Below, piece after piece: positions 41,217 through 64,000 of a DNA stretch of 64,000 nucleotides. The stretch is from Flaccisagitta enflata (lineage: Eukaryota), in contig OZ231126.1 of NCBI GenBank assembly GCA_965153355.1, forward strand, positions 5,146,001 to 5,210,000, read 5' to 3'. Each line of letters starts with the position of its first letter. Positions within the stretch are counted from its first letter, which is position 1. The translations under genes and the position numbers were made by a program. Under the pieces are notes generated by a model that was not told the DNA's origin, did not search any database, and saw nothing but the letters and a program-made list of their open reading frames with translations.

Positions 41217-43211
41217 TTGTTATTCATGTGATTGAGACGCAGTGGAAACGGATGAAGAGCCTTCTGTCCAAGTTGGATTCGTACTCGTGTAGTACATGAT
41301 GCCAGACGAGAGATGACCAGCCTCTCTGGAACCACCGCCGAGAGTAAATGATCCCCGGCAAAACTTATTCTTTGTTATTACTTATCGCCATATTTATCTT
41401 TCATTTATAAAAGATTCTTCCTGTTCTCGAGCCGTAGTAATACGCTTGATGGGGGGCCCCAAATTAGCCTCTGTGATGTGCAATTTCAAAATTGTATACA
41501 CGGACACGTTGTTTTTCTACCTGACGAGAATACTGTTATACCCTGGCATTGGATTCATTCACGTACTAATCGCTTGACCTGGTCCTTTTTGACCAAGAAT
41601 TTACTTAGCCATGCCGGACCACATCTTTTTGCTTCATATTTAAAACTTGCCTTTCACCGATTCGACGACACTGACGAAGGGCCGCCGCCCGAAATGCAAA
41701 ACCGATGGAAAAATTGTTTTTCATTTGTTCATTTTGAGCGGGTTTGTTTATATATTCGCTGTCTTAGATTAGTTCATACTCGATTTGTTTATTTCGCGTA
41801 TATCTAGACGAACATACTCATGTGCCATATCTTTCTCTCGACTTGCTGTATGGAGAATGTGATATAAACTTTAAAAGGCGGTCACATATATTTCAAAAGC
41901 ATTGGTTAGCATTTTAGCATTTGACCTAATTGACTTAGTTATTTAGCAGATCTGGTTATTTAGTAGTTTTGATACTTTTGTTTTAGCTTCAGAGCGCAGC
42001 TGCGTTTTGTCTCCCTCTTCGAATATGCATGAAATGAAGAGGGTGTTCATTGTAAGCTGAAAGAGTCGCTGTTCTTTGCAATTTAGTTGGACTATGTTAA
42101 TCATACTGTTGCAATGCTTTAGTAATCTGAAGCTGATCAGTGACTCCAGAAGCTGTAAGATTGTAGTTGCATCGCCTAAAAAAATGGAGGTGAGGCCTAT
42201 AATGTCCACTGTATTTACTTAGGTAGCTACTAGCTAGGTTTATTTCAAGCTAGGTTTATTTCATGCATATGGCTTCATGTTAGGTTGGGTTAATTGGCTT
42301 TACTTTAAACCATTTCCTATTGGTTGGGTGCTAAGTAGCTATTTAAATTAGGTTTTAATCTGCTAGGTCAAATAACACCTTATTTTTTATAAGAACCTAG
42401 TCTTTACTCTTTAAGAATATCAAGCCTTGAAATAGCTTAAAAATTAAGAACAATAAGAACATCATAGTTATGAAATGTGCAACAAAAGGTATCTTACAAA
42501 AAACTTTGGAAAAGGTTATTGTAAAATCAGCTGAATATATAAAAGTAAAACAAAACATTCAAAAGCTATTTTACTAGTAACTATCATTTTTGAAGGCTCC
42601 AAAAAAATGTCACTCTTATACATTTTCTGATTTCATTGATTAGCTAAGTTCATCAGTCATCATTGCCCCTGCTCATTCGCATGTAATTTGGATAACTTAC
42701 AGTTGTGAAGCATTTGTTAAAAAGACCATTTATCAGTTTTTAGTGAAAATATATTATAACCAACCCATTACCCCTGTAATCTGTCTTGGTTGATAGTGGT
42801 TGCCCTTACCATTCATTTGAGCCTGACAAAAGCGCAATCTTTTCACGAATCAAAGGAATGTCTTTAATCCTTTGTTCACCGCCCTCTCTCGGAGAATTCT
42901 TGTACTAGCTCTCGTTGTATCTTGATCCTTTTCACCTCTGTGGTCGCCATTTTTGTGTACCCTACGCTTGACATTATCCCCTAGTACGGCCCTCAAAAAA
43001 GTGGTTGTAATCGAAATTCAATACTTTTAATGACTAAAAGATATACTCCCGTCATTCATCACTGAGTTTTCACCTGAATTCAGAGAATTACTTGGCTTTA
43101 TGGTGACAGCATCTGGACTGGAAAACATTGAATCAAACAAAGGGAAAAAATGTAGTGTCTCACTCCTCTCGTCCATTTGTTGTATCGCCCTTCAACGTCT
43201 GTGAAGCAAAG

Positions 43212-59492
<16,281 letters not shown>

Positions 59493-59584
59493 ATTTGTTT
59501 TTTAATTATAAAAAAAGATGAATTTTAGTGGATATATCTAGATTTGAATTTTAGGTTTTTATTACTTTCTATACATATTGTATA

Positions 59585-59695
<111 letters not shown>

Positions 59696-61029
59696 CGTTA
59701 AATGAAGAGTGTCGCTGACCAAGCATCTTTCTTTCTCTCTTTCTCTCTCTATCTTTCTTTCTTTCTTTCTTTCTTGCTTCCTCTCTTTCTATCTTGCTTC
59801 CTTTCTTTCTTTCTTGCTTCCTTTCTTCCTACTTCCCCTCCTCTCTTGAACTTGACATTCATTATCGTGCACACATTTATATTTACCGATTTTTGTGATC
59901 ATTTTTATCTGCATTTACGCGGAATTTTCAAAAAATGTTATTGTATTCTTCGAGCATTGTCGAGTGTTTGTTTGGGCTGCGGAGGATCGATCGAGTAGTT
60001 TCTGAATATTGGGGCCGTCGGAGATTTGTACCGAATTTCAGAAATTGATAGATTCAAGCCATATGCATATACTGCCATTTGCATATACTGCCATTTGCAT
60101 GTACTACATAAAGTTTTCCCATAAGTTAGGATTTGAGTTTGAAGGTAAGCCCATCCCTGCAATCGATAATATGGGCTAATTCACTTACTAAAAACCGCCT
60201 TTTAGTAAGCCTATTATATTGGCGATAAGATCTTTTGATTTCCAACCCAAACTTAGAAGAAAACCCTTTATTCATACAAAATATTTTTGCAAATAGTTTG
60301 AGTCAATCAGTCTTTGAAATTTGACCCCAAATCCCCGACCACCCTACTGAACATTTTCATTTAACCCCATTAACCATCCTCATTTAATTACTTTTCATTG
60401 GAATGCGTTTTACTTTCGAGATTGTGATCATTGCTCCGTTGCTCTCTCCCCCCCCCCCCCTTTTTTTTTACAAGATCGATCGCGCGAGTTTCTGACTTTA
60501 TCTACTTGACGTTACTTATGTCCCCTTTAATCCTCATGAGCAAAAAAAAGAGGGATCAGGTTATATTATGATGGATATCTGATTATAGGTTCCATTTGAA
60601 AGAACACTTCTTGGTGATCCTTATTTTGAATTAGTTTTTCAGGTATTTATATGACGAAAACAATTTTATATTACATAAATCTTGTAACGAGATATTTCCA
60701 AAGGCTCCACGCCCTCTGAAACGTGAAAGGATTGGAGTGTAATGAATGAGAGACCCCCGCCCCCTTAGTCTAGCATATTGAATGTAAGGTTATAATTGAG
60801 GTATTTTTGATAGCTACAAATAGCGCTAGCAGAGCGTTTTTTGAGTTTTTGTCTCCTCGAAATTTTGGTTCTTTAAAGGGAAAATTTTCAAAGGAGTACA
60901 AAATTTTATGATTTTACCTTTTTGTGAGCCATCAGTAAGGGAACAAATATTCAATGGACAACAGACAAAACTATCAAATGATATCTCAATTGCTCAATGT
61001 GCTACACTTCATGCGCTGTAGGAGGGGGA

Positions 61030-62110
61030 TGCTACACTTGGGTGCTACACATAGCAAAAGTTTGGAGTATACCTTCACCCTACTTAAGTAAAATGAAAGA
61101 GCAAAAATCATAAAGATGACATTTTCTTTTTTTCAAAACTGCTTCATCTTCCGTTTTTGTCTTGGCGTTAAAGTTTCCACAGAAATTAGCAAAATCCTAT
61201 GCAGTTTTGTTACAAAAAGGACTATTTGATTTACAAAATCTTAGTATATGTAAGAATAGACAAAAATATCAAAACATAAACTGTAAAAGAGCTTACTTAA
61301 AAAGCAAAATAACAATTCTATAAAAAGAAAAAAATAGTTTTAGCTATTTCAATGATTTTCAGCCTTATGATTTATCCCACTGCCTTATGCAAATTAGGTC
61401 CTCAAAATGAAATTGCTAAAAAACGAAAGAGGAATGATTTTTGATTAAAAAAAAATGGTAAAAGTCCTAAAATTAGTCACTCCATATTAGGTAAAGAGGG
61501 TGAAAAGATAAAAACAATTTTGCTATATGACGCACCCAAATGCTACACTTTTCAAGGAGGAGCTTCATGGACACGCCCATGGAAATTGAACGAAGAACCG
61601 CCCTGGTTTGGCGAAGAAGGGAAATTTTCTGGTGCATGCCTCCTGATGTGGCAGAAGGGTGCTTCACATTGCAAAAGTTGGGAGTATCCCTTCACCCTAC
61701 TGAAGTAATGTGGAGGAAAAAATTATGGAGATAATTTTTTTTTTTTTAAATTCTTCCATTTTTTTGTTTGGCTTTAAAGTTTTTACAGATATCCCAGAAA
61801 TCAGCAAAATCTTGTGCCATTTTGTTAGTCAGAATCAACTAAAATATCAGAATATACATTATAAAAGAGTTTATTTAAAAAACAGATTATCAATTCTGTA
61901 GCAATTCAGTAAAAGTTAATTTAAATGATATCAATATATTGATTTATCTCACTGCATTGTGCTAATTAATATCTATAAATCAATTTTTTTAAAAATAAAT
62001 GATTTTTAATCAAAGAAAAATAATTGTTTCTAAAATTAATTACTCCACATTAGGTTAAAAGGGTGAAAAGAAATAACTTATTTTTGCTATGTAATGCACC
62101 CAAATGTTGC
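61030..62110. repeat. Degenerate two-copy direct repeat, period ~560-615 bp
   Basis: GGAGTAT.CCTTCACCCTACT at ~61065 and ~61681; TTAGGT.AA..GGGTGAAAAGA...GCACCCAAATG at ~61488 and ~62050. Confidence 0.65.
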
Positions 62111-63456
62111 AGATTGGCAGTGTCATTGGAAATTTCTCAGTTTGGCTATGCCTTGGAAATTTGACCAAGTGTGGTTGTGCCTTAAGGAAGCTTCCTTATT
62201 GCAATGATTAAAAAGAAATTATGGTTTTGCGGTATTTAAAGATATGTCCACTTTCATTGATGCCATAGAAACGTCCCGAAATTTCGCATTATGATAGTTG
62301 GTGAATCCCATAGTCGCCCCCCCCCTTTACCCGTTCCCTAATGTTCTTTTTGCTGATATTGCATCTACAATTCAACCGGTTGCCTTTTTCCTTGTATAAA
62401 GAGCATAATGTATCATTTGAAATGATCGTCGTTGTTGACAGCGTGTGCGTCTCTATCGACCTTGACACGTTTACAAGACAATTTGACATTTTAGTCAGGC
62501 GATTTTATACAAAAAGTTAGCTCCAATTTTATTCTTCACACATGTACACATATTTTTGTCGAAGCATAGCATGCGTTAAATGCAAAATGCATACTTCTAG
62601 TCTGTCTTCTGCGATGAAATTTTTACTGTGGTAGGCAAAGGGTCTGATTTGTGTTCAGTTAAAATTTCATCTTACTAGGTCAACTGGAAGTATCGTTTTT
62701 TTTTTTTGCGTTTCATACTTGCCATGCTTTGACAATGATATGTGTACAGGTGTTAGTCTTCCGGTCTATTTCGGGACTTTGACTAGCCGTATTATCCAGG
62801 TGTGTCATTACTCAAAAGTTCTTTAGCAAAAGTTTTTGGACTATCAATTTTTATCGTTAAGCGGTTAAACTTTCTAGTTTTGATAGTGAAGAACTTAAAC
62901 ATAAAATCAAAAGTGAAACTTCATAAGCATTAAAATAATTTCTTAAAAAACGATTATATTAAAACAAGATTTTTAAAATTAAAATTCTCGTAGATCGATA
63001 TTGATTATTTGCTCTAAGTAACATCTGTATCTGGACACACCCGACTGTATTGTTCCAGGCAAAAGACGTTTCCTTAAAATTTACCGAGTTTATGCTAAAA
63101 CGATGATGCTAATATAGCTCGTGATTCATTTAACAGAACGTCGTCTTAGCCAACTTTCCCAGTCCGTCGAATTAGCAAAGATTTATGATCTTACATGAAA
63201 CCTGTTAGTAACGTATCTAATTTCTTCTTCCTTTTGCGTCTATTTTTAAACCTAAAGCTAGTCGTTGACAGTTTTTCCGTGTGAATCAGTTATTTTACAT
63301 GAATTTCTTTTCAAGCAGGCGCAGGGTTAAGAAGTTCTAACTTTAGTGCCTATTGCAGAAAGACAAAAAGATCTTGCGGTGGACTTTCTCGAACATAATG
63401 TGCGCTAGTGCGCCTCAGCTATGCCGTGCTGATCACGGCTTTTGCTCGACCTGATT

Positions 63457-63967
63457 CAGCGATGTATGGCAAGGGACTTCAGGGACATCACGTGACGTCC
63501 CTGCTGTCGAGCTGGAAAGTTTGTCGGGCTTGAAAATGTGTTGTCAAAAAAAAATTGTAGACAGAAAGAAAAGAGAGAGAGAGAGAGAGAGAGAGACTGA
63601 CAGACAGACAGACAGATAAACATTACAAAAAAAAATCATTGAACCAAATTCTATGGGGGAAATGAAAAACGAGTTTACAAAACAAAATGAGGCAAGGGCA
63701 TAATTGATGCGTTGATAATTAGTATGCTTTGCCCCTACCTGCCATACAGTTTTTCTAGATACTTTCTTATAGGAATCAGTTGAAAACAGATCTATTTGAT
63801 AAAAAAAATAACCATCTAGATGAAAATCTCTCTTTTATTTGTTAGGTTCTATCTAGCATTGGCTTGGAAAGCATATGAATCATAGCAAATCAGTTAAAAG
63901 CTGTCGTGCTTAGATTTGCTGTCGTGCATGGAATTGGCTGTGAAGTCCCTAGGCTCCAACATCGCTG
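63457..63967. mobile_element. hAT-type MITE with 8-bp TSD ACCTGATT, related to 26148-26544
   Basis: CAGCGATGT ... ACATCGCTG; ACCTGATT at 63449-63456 and 63968-63975; shared GGGACTTCAGGGAC and TGAAGTCCC motifs. Confidence 0.85.
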
Positions 63968-64000
63968 ACCTGATTATTCTATCGGCTTACTGTAAATTTA

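Overview
Repeat-dense genomic DNA from an invertebrate animal (species not identifiable here). Three spliced + strand genes can be built with phase-consistent GT-AG introns: a 2-exon XK-related membrane protein (732-2720), a 4-exon FAM69/DIPK1-family protein (36904-40778), and a 16-exon activin type II (ACVR2/Punt-like) receptor Ser/Thr kinase (43212-59492, about 967 aa) with a 14-Cys ectodomain and a predicted ~425-aa C-terminal tail. Most of the remaining sequence is microsatellite, minisatellite, MITE/fold-back elements (hAT-type with 8-bp TSDs, Tc1/mariner-type with TA, Harbinger-like), a DINE-1/Helentron-like dispersed family, and a Tc1 transposase remnant. The most striking observation is in the receptor gene: five exon-intron junctions are tandemly duplicated. 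These include a 10-copy 104/105-bp array of splice acceptor plus the first 73 nt of the ligand-binding exon, and a 46-bp array of the preceding exon's end plus its donor, so that intron 4 is lined with decoy or alternative splice sites at both ends. Nearly all long ORFs in the supplied track are simple-repeat artefacts. All coordinates and alignments were read by eye.
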